Source of the DNA: an uncultured bacterium
GTDB lineage: Bacteria; Verrucomicrobiota; Verrucomicrobiia; CAIQCK01
Direction: 5' to 3'
Length of the DNA: 64,000 nucleotides
NCBI GenBank assembly: GCA_903870275.1
Contig: CAIQCK010000121.1
Location: 192,461-256,460, forward strand
Shown here in pieces: positions 37,181 to 47,476 of the stretch (positions within the stretch are counted from its first letter, which is position 1; every line of letters starts with the position of its first letter). Position numbers and translations under genes: made by a program. The notes under the pieces are model-generated. The model searched no databases and was not told where the DNA came from. It saw only the letters and a program-made list of their open reading frames with translations.

Positions 37181-37256
37181 CTTCGCGTCTTCGCGCCTTC
37201 CCTGTTGAATTTTTCCGTCATGGGATTTTGAACAGGGAAGGCGCGAGGACGCGAAG
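37181..37256. repeat. Long hairpin of ~9-bp units (CTTCGCG / CGCGAAG)
   Basis: cttcgcgtcttcgcgccttccctgtt ... aacagggaaggcgcgaggacgcgaag, a 26-bp near-perfect inverted repeat. Confidence 0.82.
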
Positions 37257-37500
37257 ACAGTCGGGGCGCTGAGGCCCCTTCCACATTCAAAACGAGCCTT
37301 TACGTTTCTCCGCGTTCTCTGCGGTGAATTTCCGTATCCTCACCATCAGCGATCCATTCTTGGTTTTGGCCGGAGTCGGTGGTAATATAAATTTCTTGTC
37401 GCGCCGCTTCGACGCGACAGGTTGACGTTTTGCTGCGGGAAGCCGGTTTTGAGGAACGAGGCAAACTTGGTTGGTGTTGCGAGACTGAGGAGGACGAACG

Positions 37501-38508
37501 ATGAGTCACGGGAAGCAAAAACAGCATGTGGTCGGTGTGGACCTGGGCGGCACGAAAATCCTGGCGGCGGTGTTTGACGGGAACTTTCGCGTGTTGAGCC
37601 GTGAAAAGAAAAACACGCGGCCGGAGTTGGGCGTGGATGGCGTCATCGGGCGCGTGGCCGAGTGCGTCAACGAGGCGCTGGCGGCGGCGGCGGTCCCGCA
37701 CGCGGCCATCGCGGCCATCGGCATCGGCATCCCGGGGATGGTGGATCGGGAGCGGGGCCTGGTGCGCATTGCGCCGAATCTGAACTGGCATGAACTGCCG
37801 CTGGCGAGGCTGGCGGAGCGGCGGTTGCATTTTCCGGCGGCGCTGATCAACGACGTTCAGGCGGGCACGCTGGCGGTGAAGCATCAGGGCGCGGGCCGCA
37901 AGTTGCAAAACTTTGTCTGCATGTTCATCGGCACCGGCATCGGCGGCGGGATCGTTTTGAACAGCGAGCTTTATCGCGGCTCGAGCGGCATGAGCGGCGA
38001 GATCGGCCACATGGTGGTCGTGCCGGAGGACGGGCCGAAGTGCGGTTGCGGCAACCGCGGCTGTCTCGAGTCGGTCGCCAGCCGCAGCGCCATCGTGCGC
38101 CGCGTCGTGGCGGCGATCGAGAAGGGGCGCAAGAGCGTCGTGTCGGATTTGTGCGACGGCGACATGACGCGTGTCCGCAGCCGGATTCTGGCGGAGGCTT
38201 ACCGTGAGGGCGACAAGCTGGTGCGCCGGATCGTGGATGAGGCCGCCGACTACATCGGCATCGGCGCGGCGAATTTGATCAACATCCTCAACCCGCAGGC
38301 CGTCATTCTCGGCGGCGGGTTGATGCAGGCGCTCGGCGAGAAACTGTTGCCGCGCATCCGCAAGTCGGCGATGGCTCACGTCATCGGGGCCAATCCGGAG
38401 CGGGTGAAGATTCTCGACTCCGGTCTCGGTGACGACGCGGGCATCATCGGCGCCGGTCTTGCGGCGCGGGCCAAGGTGGCGACAGCGAAAGAACGATTTT
38501 TTCGCTGA
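37501..38508 (+). CDS. ROK family sugar kinase (glucokinase-like)
   Basis: GVDLGGTK, IGTGIGGG, GEIGH, CGCGNRGCLE zinc motif. Confidence 0.92.
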   Translation: MSHGKQKQHVVGVDLGGTKILAAVFDGNFRVLSREKKNTRPELGVDGVIGRVAECVNEALAAAAVPHAAIAAIGIGIPGMVDRERGLVRIAPNLNWHELPLARLAERRLHFPAALINDVQAGTLAVKHQGAGRKLQNFVCMFIGTGIGGGIVLNSELYRGSSGMSGEIGHMVVVPEDGPKCGCGNRGCLESVASRSAIVRRVVAAIEKGRKSVVSDLCDGDMTRVRSRILAEAYREGDKLVRRIVDEAADYIGIGAANLINILNPQAVILGGGLMQALGEKLLPRIRKSAMAHVIGANPERVKILDSGLGDDAGIIGAGLAARAKVATAKERFFR

Positions 38509-38555
38509 TGTAACATGATCGTAACAATGGCGTGAGAAGATGCGGGACACGGAGC

Positions 38556-40160
38556 ATGGACCAATCCATTAAAAAAATTGAGAAACCGGTTGTCGAGGGC
38601 GTGCGGTCGGTGGCGGTGATTGACATCGGCTCCACCGCCGTCCGGCTGAGCATCGCCGAGATCGGCGTGGACGGCACCTTGCGCCCGCTGGAATCGCTCC
38701 AGCGCGCGGTGCATTTGGGCAAGGACGCGTTCACGTCGGGCGTCATCCAGCCCTCCACGGCCGCCGAGGTCGTCAGCATTCTCCAGGCGTTCCGCCGGAC
38801 GATGAAGGAATACGGCATCACGCGCGACGACCAGATTCGCGCCGTGGCCACGAGCGCCGTGCGCGAGGCGGAGAACCGCGACGTGTTCCTCGACCGCCTC
38901 TACATGACCACGCAACTCAACGTCGAAGCCATCGAAGGCGCGGAGGAGAACCGGCTGACCTACATTGCCGTGCACGACCTGTTTCAAAAAGACGCCAAAC
39001 TGCGGAAAAGCGACGTGGCGATTGTGGAGGTGGGCGGCGGCAGCACGGAGTTGATTCTGGTGCGGGACGGCCTCATCTCCTTTGCGAACACCTACCGGCT
39101 CGGTTCGTTGCGGATGCGCGAAACGCTGGAAACGTATCGTGCGCCCGCCGACCGCGCGCGCGCGTTGCTGGGCCAGCACATCAAGCGCACCGTGGACCAG
39201 CTTCAAGGGACGCTGGCCGGCGCGGAGGTGTCGTATCTGATCGCCGTCTCCGGCGACGCGCGGTTTGCGGCGTCGCTGGTGGAGCCGGCGTGGGACAAGC
39301 AGGGCGTGGTGCGGATAGATTTCAAAACATTCGTCGGCGTGGTGAACCAGCTCGTGCCGGTTTCCGTGGACGAACTGGTGCGCAAGTATCACATCCCCTA
39401 CCAGGAGGCGGAGACGATTGGTCCGGCGCTGCTGGCGTATGAACATCTGGCGCGCGCGTTTCACGTGAAGCAAATCCTCGTGGCCGGCGCTTCGCAGCGC
39501 GACGGGCTGCTGAAGGAAATGGCCGTGCGCGGCGCGTGGACGTCGGAGTTTGCCGAGCAGGCGGTGCATTCGGCGACGTTGCTGGCGGAGAAATACGGCG
39601 TCAACGACGGCCACTCGCGGCACGTGAGCGAGATGTGTGTGAAGATGTTTCGCGAATTGCGGGCGGAGCACGGACTGGACGAGCGGTTCGAATTGTTGCT
39701 GCGCATCGCCGGTCTGTTGCACGAGGTGGGCGTGTTCGTCAGCGACCGCAGTCATCACAAGCACTCCATGTATCTGATCCTGAACAGCGATCTGTTCGGC
39801 CTGACGAGGAAAGAAATCACGCTCATCGCGCTGGTGGCGCGCTATCACCGCCGGGCGATGCCGCGCCCCTACCACACCGACTACACGTCGCTCGACCGGG
39901 ACAGCCGGCTGGTGGTGGCCAAACTGGCGGCGCTTTTGCGGGTGGCGGATTGCATGGACCGCAAACATTTGCAGGATTTGAAGACGGTTTCGTTCTCGCG
40001 GGAGAAGGACCAGTTTGTGATCACCGTCCACGACGCGGTGGACTTGACACTGGAACAACTGGCGCTCAAGGACAAAGCGAACCTGTTCGAGCAAATTTTT
40101 GGCGCGAAGGTGGTGTTGCGGTCGGCGCTGGACGCGGACGAGGCGGTGCCCCATGCCTGA
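38556..40160 (+). CDS. ppx: Exopolyphosphatase Ppx/GppA with C-terminal HD domain
   Basis: VIDIGS, VATSAVREAEN, EVGGGSTE, LLHEVG...HHKHS, RVAD; overlaps ppk1. Confidence 0.9.
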   Translation: MDQSIKKIEKPVVEGVRSVAVIDIGSTAVRLSIAEIGVDGTLRPLESLQRAVHLGKDAFTSGVIQPSTAAEVVSILQAFRRTMKEYGITRDDQIRAVATSAVREAENRDVFLDRLYMTTQLNVEAIEGAEENRLTYIAVHDLFQKDAKLRKSDVAIVEVGGGSTELILVRDGLISFANTYRLGSLRMRETLETYRAPADRARALLGQHIKRTVDQLQGTLAGAEVSYLIAVSGDARFAASLVEPAWDKQGVVRIDFKTFVGVVNQLVPVSVDELVRKYHIPYQEAETIGPALLAYEHLARAFHVKQILVAGASQRDGLLKEMAVRGAWTSEFAEQAVHSATLLAEKYGVNDGHSRHVSEMCVKMFRELRAEHGLDERFELLLRIAGLLHEVGVFVSDRSHHKHSMYLILNSDLFGLTRKEITLIALVARYHRRAMPRPYHTDYTSLDRDSRLVVAKLAALLRVADCMDRKHLQDLKTVSFSREKDQFVITVHDAVDLTLEQLALKDKANLFEQIFGAKVVLRSALDADEAVPHA

Positions 40161-42270
40161 AACCGACATTCCGCTGCTGAACCGCGAACTGAGCTGGATC
40201 GAGTTCAACGCCCGCGTGCTGGAGGAGGCGCGCGACGCGGCGATGCCGTTGCTGGAACGGCTGAAATTCCTCGCCATCAGCGGCTCCAACCTCGACGAAT
40301 TCTTCATGGTGCGCGTCGGCGGGTTGCAGCAGTTGCTCGAAGAAGGCAAGAACACGCCCGATCCCTGCGGCCTCACGAGCGCACAACAACTGGCCGAAAT
40401 CGGCCGGCGCGCCCGGCAACTCGTGGCCGACCAATACGAGTGCCTGCTGAAAGAGTTGGAGCCGGCGCTGGCGGCGGCGGGCATCCGGCGCGCGCGCGTC
40501 GAGGGCTTGAGCGCGGAGCAACACGAGCATCTCGAACGCGTGTTCAACCGCGACCTTTATCCGGTCATCACGCCCATTGCGATTCACTCGCCCGAGACGT
40601 TTCCGTTGCTGCCCGGCCTCAGTGTCAACCTGCTCGTTCGGCTCGAACCGGCGCCAGACGCGCCGCAGGAGCAGCGGTTCGCGGTCATGCCCCTGCCGAA
40701 GACCCTGGCGCGGTTGATACCCGTGCCCGATGCGGCGAAATACACCTGCGTGCTGCTGGAGGACATGGTCGCGGCGTTTGTCACGCGGTTCTTTCCCGGC
40801 GAGGCGGTTGCCGAGTGCGTGCCGTTCCGCGTCACGCGCAACGCCGACCTGGCGGTTCGAGAAGACCAGGCCGGCGACCTGCTCGCGCACATGCGGGAAG
40901 TGCTGGACGCCCGCAAGCGCAGCAACTGCGTGCGGCTGGAGGCGGACGAGCGTATTTCCGAACCGAGCCTGGCGTATTTGAAAAGCACGCTCAAGGTTTC
41001 CGACGAGGAGATTTACAAGGTTCCCGGCCCGGTGGACCTGACGGTATTCTGGCCGGTGGTGCGGCTGCCTGGGTTCGACGCGCTCAAGGACACGCCCTGG
41101 CCGCCGCAGCCGTCGCCGGAGATTCCGCCCGACGCGGCGATGTTTGACATCATCGCGCGCAAGGACGTGCTGCTGTTTCATCCTTACCAGAGTTTCGAGC
41201 CGGTCTTGCGGCTGGTCGAGCAGGCGGCGGACGACCCGAACGTGCTGGCTATCAAACAGATTCTTTACCGCACCAACGAAAACAGCCGCATTGTCGCCGC
41301 GCTGGCCCGCGCGGCCAACCGCGGCAAGTTGGTGACGGCGTTGGTGGAACTGAAAGCGCGCTTTGACGAGGCGCGCAACATCGGGTGGGCCGAGGCGCTC
41401 GAGCACGCCGGCGTGCAGGTGATCTACGGACTGAAACGGCTGAAGGTTCACGCGAAGGTCTGCATCATCGTCCGCCGCGAGCCGGCCGGCATCCGGCGCT
41501 ACATGCATTTCAGCACCGGCAACTACAACGAGGTCACGGCGCGGCTTTACAGCGACGTTGGCCTGATGACGTGCAACGACGACCTTGCCGCCGACGCCAC
41601 AGCGTTTTTCAACGCCATCACGGGCTACTCGCAGCCGATCCTCTATCGCAAGATCGAGGCCGCCCCGCACGGTCTGCGGCCGCGATTGATCGCGCTGATC
41701 GAGAGCGAGATCGAACGCTGCAAGCAAGGGCAGAAGGCCCGCATCATGGCGAAGCTGAATGCCCTCGTGCATCGCGACGTCATCGAGGCGCTTTACCGCG
41801 CCTCGCAGGCCGGCGTGGAAGTCGAACTCAGCATCCGCGGCGTTTGCTGCCTTCGCCCCGGCGTGCCCGGCGTCAGCGAAAACATCATCGTCACCAGCGT
41901 TCTGGATCGCTTCCTCGAACACGGCCGCATTTTTTATTTCCACCACGGCGGCGAGGAACAGGTGTTCATCTCCAGCGCGGACTGGATGCCGCGCAACCTC
42001 GACCGGCGCGTGGAACTGCTCGTGCCCGTCGAGGACCCGGCGTGCCGCAGTCAACTGATCGCCATCCTGGAAACGTGCATGCAGGACACGGCCAAGGCGC
42101 GCCGGTTGTTGCCCGACGGCCGCTACGAGCGCGTGAAGCCGGCGCGTCGCGTCAAGCCGCTGCGGTCGCAGGAGGCGTTTTACCGGCAGGCGTGCAAAGC
42201 GGCGGAACAGGCGGAGAAGAACCTCTACATGGTCTTCGAGCCGCAACTGCCCGCGGCAGTGGAGAAATGA
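40153..42270 (+). CDS. ppk1: Polyphosphate kinase 1
   Basis: NRELSWIEFNARVL, SNLDEFFMVRV, HPYQSF, ELKARFDE, KVHAK, STGNYN, RFLEH, SSADWMPRNLDRRVE. Confidence 0.97.
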   Translation: MPETDIPLLNRELSWIEFNARVLEEARDAAMPLLERLKFLAISGSNLDEFFMVRVGGLQQLLEEGKNTPDPCGLTSAQQLAEIGRRARQLVADQYECLLKELEPALAAAGIRRARVEGLSAEQHEHLERVFNRDLYPVITPIAIHSPETFPLLPGLSVNLLVRLEPAPDAPQEQRFAVMPLPKTLARLIPVPDAAKYTCVLLEDMVAAFVTRFFPGEAVAECVPFRVTRNADLAVREDQAGDLLAHMREVLDARKRSNCVRLEADERISEPSLAYLKSTLKVSDEEIYKVPGPVDLTVFWPVVRLPGFDALKDTPWPPQPSPEIPPDAAMFDIIARKDVLLFHPYQSFEPVLRLVEQAADDPNVLAIKQILYRTNENSRIVAALARAANRGKLVTALVELKARFDEARNIGWAEALEHAGVQVIYGLKRLKVHAKVCIIVRREPAGIRRYMHFSTGNYNEVTARLYSDVGLMTCNDDLAADATAFFNAITGYSQPILYRKIEAAPHGLRPRLIALIESEIERCKQGQKARIMAKLNALVHRDVIEALYRASQAGVEVELSIRGVCCLRPGVPGVSENIIVTSVLDRFLEHGRIFYFHHGGEEQVFISSADWMPRNLDRRVELLVPVEDPACRSQLIAILETCMQDTAKARRLLPDGRYERVKPARRVKPLRSQEAFYRQACKAAEQAEKNLYMVFEPQLPAAVEK

Positions 42271-42273
42271 GCC

Positions 42274-43758
42274 ATGAGCGCCGCCCGCGGAGCAGCCAGG
42301 CTGTCGGTCGAGCAACTCTGCCGGAAATACGACAACGAAGATACGCACACCCGGCACGTCACCGCGATGGCGCTGCGGCTGTTTGACGGCGCAAGGCGCG
42401 CGTTGAAGCTCGCCGCCGGCGACCGCGCGATTCTCGAAATGGCCGGACGGCTTCACGACGTCGGCTACAGTGTCCATCCGTCCGATCACCGGCAACGCGG
42501 TGTTGGAATCGTCTTGCGCGAAGGGCTGAAAGGATTTTCCGATCCGGACCGCGATCTGATCGCGGCGGTGATGTTCCTTCATTCCGGCGATGCGCGGGCG
42601 GTGCGGCGCCACCGCTGGGTCCGGCGGTTGCCGCAGCCGCAGCGCGCCCTCCGTCTCGGCGCTTTGTTGCGCGTGGCCGACGGCTTGGATTACGGCCACC
42701 GCCAGGACGCCACGATCCAAACGGTGCGGGCCGAAGCCGGAGCTATTCGGGTCGCCGTCCGTTCCGGCCGTTTCCCGCACAACATCGCGCGCGCCAATCA
42801 GAAAGCCGATCTCTGGCGGCTGGTTTTTCCGATGGACATCGAACTGGCTTCCACTGAAGGCGGCGCGGGCGAGGAACCGGGTTTGATCCGGCCCGGCTTG
42901 GGTGTCGCGGAAGCCGCGCGGCGGTTGCTGGTGTTACAGGCGAAAACCATTTGGGTTAACATTTCCGGCGCGAAAGAGGGCGAGAGTGTCAAGCCGCTGC
43001 ATGACATCCGCGTGGCCGCCCGTCAGATGCGCGCCGTGTTGCGTGCGTTTCGCAAACTGCTAGAGAAAACATCCGCGCCAGGCCTCGACCTCGCGCTCCA
43101 GCGGCTGAGCCGCTCGCTGGGGCCGGCGCGCGACGCGGATGTCTGGGCCGTTCTTCTGACGAGCAGGGGAGTGCGGAAGCGGCTTGCAGACGAACCGGGT
43201 TGGGAGGCGTTCGTGCTTCATCATCTTCAGCGCCGGCGGCGGCAAGTGGCCGTGGTGCGGCGGTGCCTGAACCAACAGCAGACGGCGGCGCTCAAGCTCA
43301 AGTTTGGCCGGTTGCTGCGGGTTGAACTACCGCGGCTCGTCCGGACCGAGCCGGGCGGGACACTGGAAAAATTTGCGCGCCGGCAGCTTCGGAAGGAGTG
43401 GCGCCGGGCGCTTGCCCTCGCTTGCCTGCGCCATTCGAAGTCGCCCGACGACCTGCACCGCCTTCGCATCGCCCTGCGCCGCGTGCGCTATCTGGGAGTG
43501 TTTTTTGCGCCGGCGCTGGGCGCGACGGTTGAAAAGCTCGCCGAGCGCGTTCATGCCGCCGAGCGGTCACTGGCGCGCGTTCACGACACCGATGTGGGAT
43601 TGGCGCGTCTGGCGTCGGGCCGGCTGAAACCGCCGCGTGCATTGGTGTCGCTGCTCAAGCAACGCCGCCGTGAACATCTGGCTAAGCTGGATGTGACATG
43701 GCGTTGCTTAAGCCAGCCTGCCTTCCAACGGGCCGTCCGCCGCAAACTCAAGATGTAG
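42274..43758 (+). CDS. HD-domain (Ppx C-terminal-like) + CHAD domain fusion protein
   Basis: HTRHV...LHDVG...LRVADGLD followed by CHAD motifs LHDIRVAARQMR, LGPARDADV, LHRLRIALRRVRY, VHDTDV. Confidence 0.85.
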   Translation: MSAARGAARLSVEQLCRKYDNEDTHTRHVTAMALRLFDGARRALKLAAGDRAILEMAGRLHDVGYSVHPSDHRQRGVGIVLREGLKGFSDPDRDLIAAVMFLHSGDARAVRRHRWVRRLPQPQRALRLGALLRVADGLDYGHRQDATIQTVRAEAGAIRVAVRSGRFPHNIARANQKADLWRLVFPMDIELASTEGGAGEEPGLIRPGLGVAEAARRLLVLQAKTIWVNISGAKEGESVKPLHDIRVAARQMRAVLRAFRKLLEKTSAPGLDLALQRLSRSLGPARDADVWAVLLTSRGVRKRLADEPGWEAFVLHHLQRRRRQVAVVRRCLNQQQTAALKLKFGRLLRVELPRLVRTEPGGTLEKFARRQLRKEWRRALALACLRHSKSPDDLHRLRIALRRVRYLGVFFAPALGATVEKLAERVHAAERSLARVHDTDVGLARLASGRLKPPRALVSLLKQRRREHLAKLDVTWRCLSQPAFQRAVRRKLKM

Positions 43759-43873
43759 CCGCGGGCCATTTCGCCAGGCGGTGTTGTCGGGCGAATGCTG
43801 AATATGGTATGGTGAACGGTAGAGCTGTTGTTCGGGCGCGACCAGAACTGTCATTTGTGACCGGGAGACAACA

Positions 43874-44983
43874 ATGAAGGGCGAAGTCATTTACCTCTAC
43901 GCCTACGACATCGCCTACGAGGCGAACCTCGCCGAGATTGAAAAGAGAATGTCCGGCGCGGCGGAGCGGTTCCACCTCGGCCGGCTCAGGGACGCGCCGC
44001 GCGATTTTCCGGTTTACCAGCCGCTGGCGATCGAGATGGAGAAGGCACAACTGGAAACCGCCAACGGCCCACTGGTGCTTACGATCGCCGTCAAGTTGTT
44101 CGCGCTTGGCGCTGTCTCGGTGAAGGTGCGCGTGCCGGTCGCTTGCGAGCATATCACGGATCTCCTCGCGTTCCGCAACCTGAGTTTCAAGGACGGCACG
44201 ACGCTCGACGGCCGGGTGCAGGACATCGCGCAACGGTTGTTTGACGATTGGAAGCCGCTGCTCGACACGCCGGTGACGGCGTTGGAGGAGGCGGAAGTTT
44301 ACACCGTCTTCTGTCTCAACGCACCGGTGACGGGGACCGACGCCGGTGAACCCATGGAGCGGTGGCTGCAAAGCAACGAGCGCGAGGTGGCGGCGCTGCT
44401 CAGCGGCGAGACGGACGCGTCGCGGCTCAGCGGGCAGGAGGTGGAGGAGACGCTGAAGTATCGGTATTCCTACTACCAGAACGATCTGGCGGTGGTGGAT
44501 TGGGACACGGCGTTGTTGGTGGACACGCTGGAAGGCTACCAGGAAACGCTCTACGTGCTGGAGGTGGCCAATCTGCAACTTGAGGAGTTGAAGGTTTACG
44601 ACGCGAAGCTCGACCAGGTGCTGGACAAGGCGTATGACGATGTGGAGGTGGTGGCGCGGCCGCACGCGTTCCGCGCCCGCCAGCACGTGCTCAATGAGTT
44701 GCGCGGGATCAAGATGGATCTCGCGAAGGTGGCGGACGAGCTGTCGAACATCACGAAGTTCTTCGGTGACTGGCATCTGGCGCGGATCTACATGGGCTGC
44801 GCGGCGCGTTTCCACCTGTCGGAGTGGGAGGACAACGTGAACCAGAAACTGCGCGCGCTGGACGGCCTCTACACGATGTTGCAGCAGGACAGCACCAATC
44901 GCGTAATGATGGTGCTGGAGATTTCTATTGTTGCGCTGTTCGTCATAGACCTTATCATCATCGTCGTGCTGGGAGTGAAGTGA
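43874..44983 (+). CDS. Hypothetical membrane-anchored protein, RMD1/DUF155-like
   Basis: YAYDIAYE, SYYQNDLAVVDW, LEVANLQLEEL, GDWHLARIY, C-terminal LEISIVALF TM helix. Confidence 0.65.
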   Translation: MKGEVIYLYAYDIAYEANLAEIEKRMSGAAERFHLGRLRDAPRDFPVYQPLAIEMEKAQLETANGPLVLTIAVKLFALGAVSVKVRVPVACEHITDLLAFRNLSFKDGTTLDGRVQDIAQRLFDDWKPLLDTPVTALEEAEVYTVFCLNAPVTGTDAGEPMERWLQSNEREVAALLSGETDASRLSGQEVEETLKYRYSYYQNDLAVVDWDTALLVDTLEGYQETLYVLEVANLQLEELKVYDAKLDQVLDKAYDDVEVVARPHAFRARQHVLNELRGIKMDLAKVADELSNITKFFGDWHLARIYMGCAARFHLSEWEDNVNQKLRALDGLYTMLQQDSTNRVMMVLEISIVALFVIDLIIIVVLGVK

Positions 44984-44993
44984 GGACCTGACC

Positions 44994-46256
44994 ATGCAAA
45001 CAGCCGTGGACATGCAGCGAATCTTCTATCTGCTCGGCGTCGCGCTGGGGCTGGGGTTGTTGGTCGGCTTGCAGCGCGAGCGTTCCTCCGCGGTGCGGCT
45101 GGCGGGTTTTCGCACGTTTCCGATCATCACGATTTTGGGGACAGTCTGCGCGTTGCTCGCGCAGCAGTTCGGCGGGTGGGTGCTGGCGACGGGATTCCTG
45201 ACGATCGGGGCGATCGCGTTGGCGGGCTATCAGGCCAAGATGAAGCTGGGCGAAACCACGCCGAGTCTCATCACGGAAATGTCCATCCTGTTGATGTTCG
45301 GAGTGGGCGCCTATTTGGTTGTCGGCCCGACGGCGGTGGCGGTGGCTATCGTGGGCGGGGTGGCGGTGCTGTTGTATCTGAAGCCGCAGTTGCACGGGTT
45401 GGCCTCGAAGATTGGCGAGACGGATTTCAAGGCCATCATGCAGTTCGTGCTGATCACGCTCGTCATTCTGCCCGTGTTGCCGAACCATGCCTATGGTCCC
45501 TACGACGTGCTCAATCCCCACCGCATCTGGCTGTTCGTCGTGTTCATCGTCTCCATCAGCCTCGCCGGCTACGTCGCTTACAAGTTCTTCGGTCAAAGCG
45601 CCGGTGCGATGATCGGCGGCGTGCTCGGCGGGCTGATCTCCAGCACGGCGACAACCGTCAGCTACGCGCGGCGGTCGAGGGCGGTGGCGAACAGCGAAAA
45701 CATCGCCGCCTTCGTCATCCTTGTGGCTTCGACGATTTTATATGGCCGCGTGCTGGTGATTCTTGCGGCCATTGTACCGGATGCCTTGCGCGTGGTGACG
45801 CCGCCGCTCGGCGCGATGCTGGGCGCGCTGGTCGTGATCTGCGTTGGCCTGTGGCTCAAGGAACGCCACGACCCGGTCCGGATGCCGGAGCAGACCAACC
45901 CGACCGAGTTGAAACCGGCGATCCTTTTCGGCGTGATGTTTTCGATCGTGCTGCTCGCCACCGCCGTCGGCAAAGCGCGTTTTGGCGAAGGCGGCCTCTA
46001 TGCGGTGGCGGCGTTGTCGGGCCTTACCGATGTGGACGCGATTTCGCTGTCCAGCGCGCAGATGGTCAGCGACAAACGTCTCGACGCCGACACCGCCTGG
46101 CGGCTGATCCTTCTCGCGTCGTTGTCGAACCTGCTTTTCAAGGGCGTGGTGGTGGCAGTGCTCGGCTCGCGCCGGTTGCTGGTGAGAGTTGGCGTCCTCT
46201 TTGCGGTCGTGTTCGCCATCGGCACTTCGATTCTGATTTTCTGGCCGCGTGCGTGA
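44994..46256 (+). CDS. MgtC/SapB family membrane protein with DUF4010-like domain
   Basis: GLLVGLQRE...AGFRTF, LPVLPN...GPYDVLNP, GGLISSTATT, SGLTDVDAI. Confidence 0.88.
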   Translation: MQTAVDMQRIFYLLGVALGLGLLVGLQRERSSAVRLAGFRTFPIITILGTVCALLAQQFGGWVLATGFLTIGAIALAGYQAKMKLGETTPSLITEMSILLMFGVGAYLVVGPTAVAVAIVGGVAVLLYLKPQLHGLASKIGETDFKAIMQFVLITLVILPVLPNHAYGPYDVLNPHRIWLFVVFIVSISLAGYVAYKFFGQSAGAMIGGVLGGLISSTATTVSYARRSRAVANSENIAAFVILVASTILYGRVLVILAAIVPDALRVVTPPLGAMLGALVVICVGLWLKERHDPVRMPEQTNPTELKPAILFGVMFSIVLLATAVGKARFGEGGLYAVAALSGLTDVDAISLSSAQMVSDKRLDADTAWRLILLASLSNLLFKGVVVAVLGSRRLLVRVGVLFAVVFAIGTSILIFWPRA

Positions 46257-46318
46257 GGACCCTGGAACCCCGGCGCGGCCGATAGCAAGCTGGTTTCATT
46301 TTCACGGAGACAACAATC

Positions 46319-47461
46319 ATGCAAAACTTCATTTACAAGAACCCCACTGAGATTTTGTTCGGTCGCGGGATGATCGCGGAAGTTGCCGGCCGCGTGTCGG
46401 CGGACGCGCCGGTGCTGTTTCTCTACGGCGGCGGCTCCATCAAGCGCAACGGCGTTTATGATCAGGTGAAGGCTGCGTTGAAGAAACATCGCGTGGTGGA
46501 GTTCGGCGGCGTCGAAGCCAATCCGCTCTACGAAACCTGTCTCGCGGCGGTGGACGTGGTGAAGCGCGAGCGGGTCGGGTTCATCCTCGCCGTTGGCGGC
46601 GGCTCGGTGCTGGACGCGGGCAAGTTCATTGCCGCCGCGGCGTGCTTTTCTGGCGCGGACCCGTGGGACATCCTGCGCAGCGGCGGCAAGGCCGTCCAGG
46701 CCGCGCTGCCCGTCGGCACGGTGCTGACGCTGTCCGCCACCGGCTCCGAGGCGAACGGCAACTCGGTCATCTCGCGCCGGGCGACGCAGGAAAAGCTGCC
46801 TTTCACTTCCAACCACTCGTTTCCGGTCTTCTCGGTGCTGGACCCGGAGACGACCTTCACACTGCCGCCGAAACAAGTGCGCAACGGCGTCGTGGACGCG
46901 ATCGCTCATGTCATGGAACAGTATATGACCTTCCCGGCGGACGCGCCATTGCAGGACCGGATGGCGGAGTCCGTGCTCCAGACGCTGGTCGAAGTCGGGC
47001 CGGTGACGCTGGCGGAGCCGAAGAACTACGAAGCGCGGGCCGCTTTCATGTGGAGCGCGACACTGGCGCTGAACACGCTTCTCGGTTGCGGCGTGCCACA
47101 GGATTGGGCCACGCACATGATCGGTCACGAGTTGACGGCGTTTTACGGTCTGGACCACGCCGAGACGCTCGCCGTCGTCATGCCCGGCGTGTGGCAACAC
47201 AAACTGGCGCAGAAGAAGGCGAAGCTGGAGCAGTATGGCCGGCGCGTCTGGAACGTCGCCTCCGCCAAGGCGGCCATCGAGAAAACGGAGGCGTTTTTCA
47301 ACTCCATCGGGATGCCAACGCGGTTGCAGGCTTACAACATTTCCGCGGAGGAAGCCGTTGCGAAAATCAGCGCGAGATTTGCGGAGCGAAAGGCCACCTT
47401 CGGCGAGCACGGTGACATCGATTCCGCCGCCGCCGCTGCGATCTTGCGTCTGCGCGCGTGA
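46319..47461 (+). CDS. yqhD: Iron-containing NADPH-dependent alcohol/aldehyde dehydrogenase, YqhD-like
   Basis: NPTEILFG, YGGGSIKRNG, AVGGGSVLD, ATGSE, DWATHMIGHELTAFYGLDHA. Confidence 0.88.
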   Translation: MQNFIYKNPTEILFGRGMIAEVAGRVSADAPVLFLYGGGSIKRNGVYDQVKAALKKHRVVEFGGVEANPLYETCLAAVDVVKRERVGFILAVGGGSVLDAGKFIAAAACFSGADPWDILRSGGKAVQAALPVGTVLTLSATGSEANGNSVISRRATQEKLPFTSNHSFPVFSVLDPETTFTLPPKQVRNGVVDAIAHVMEQYMTFPADAPLQDRMAESVLQTLVEVGPVTLAEPKNYEARAAFMWSATLALNTLLGCGVPQDWATHMIGHELTAFYGLDHAETLAVVMPGVWQHKLAQKKAKLEQYGRRVWNVASAKAAIEKTEAFFNSIGMPTRLQAYNISAEEAVAKISARFAERKATFGEHGDIDSAAAAAILRLRA

Positions 47462-47476
47462 GCCGGCGCCGTTGTC

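Noticed and set aside
37501-38508. Polyphosphate glucokinase (ppgK)
   Set aside because: It retains the CxCGxxGCxE zinc motif of ordinary ROK kinases; polyP use cannot be inferred from adjacency alone.
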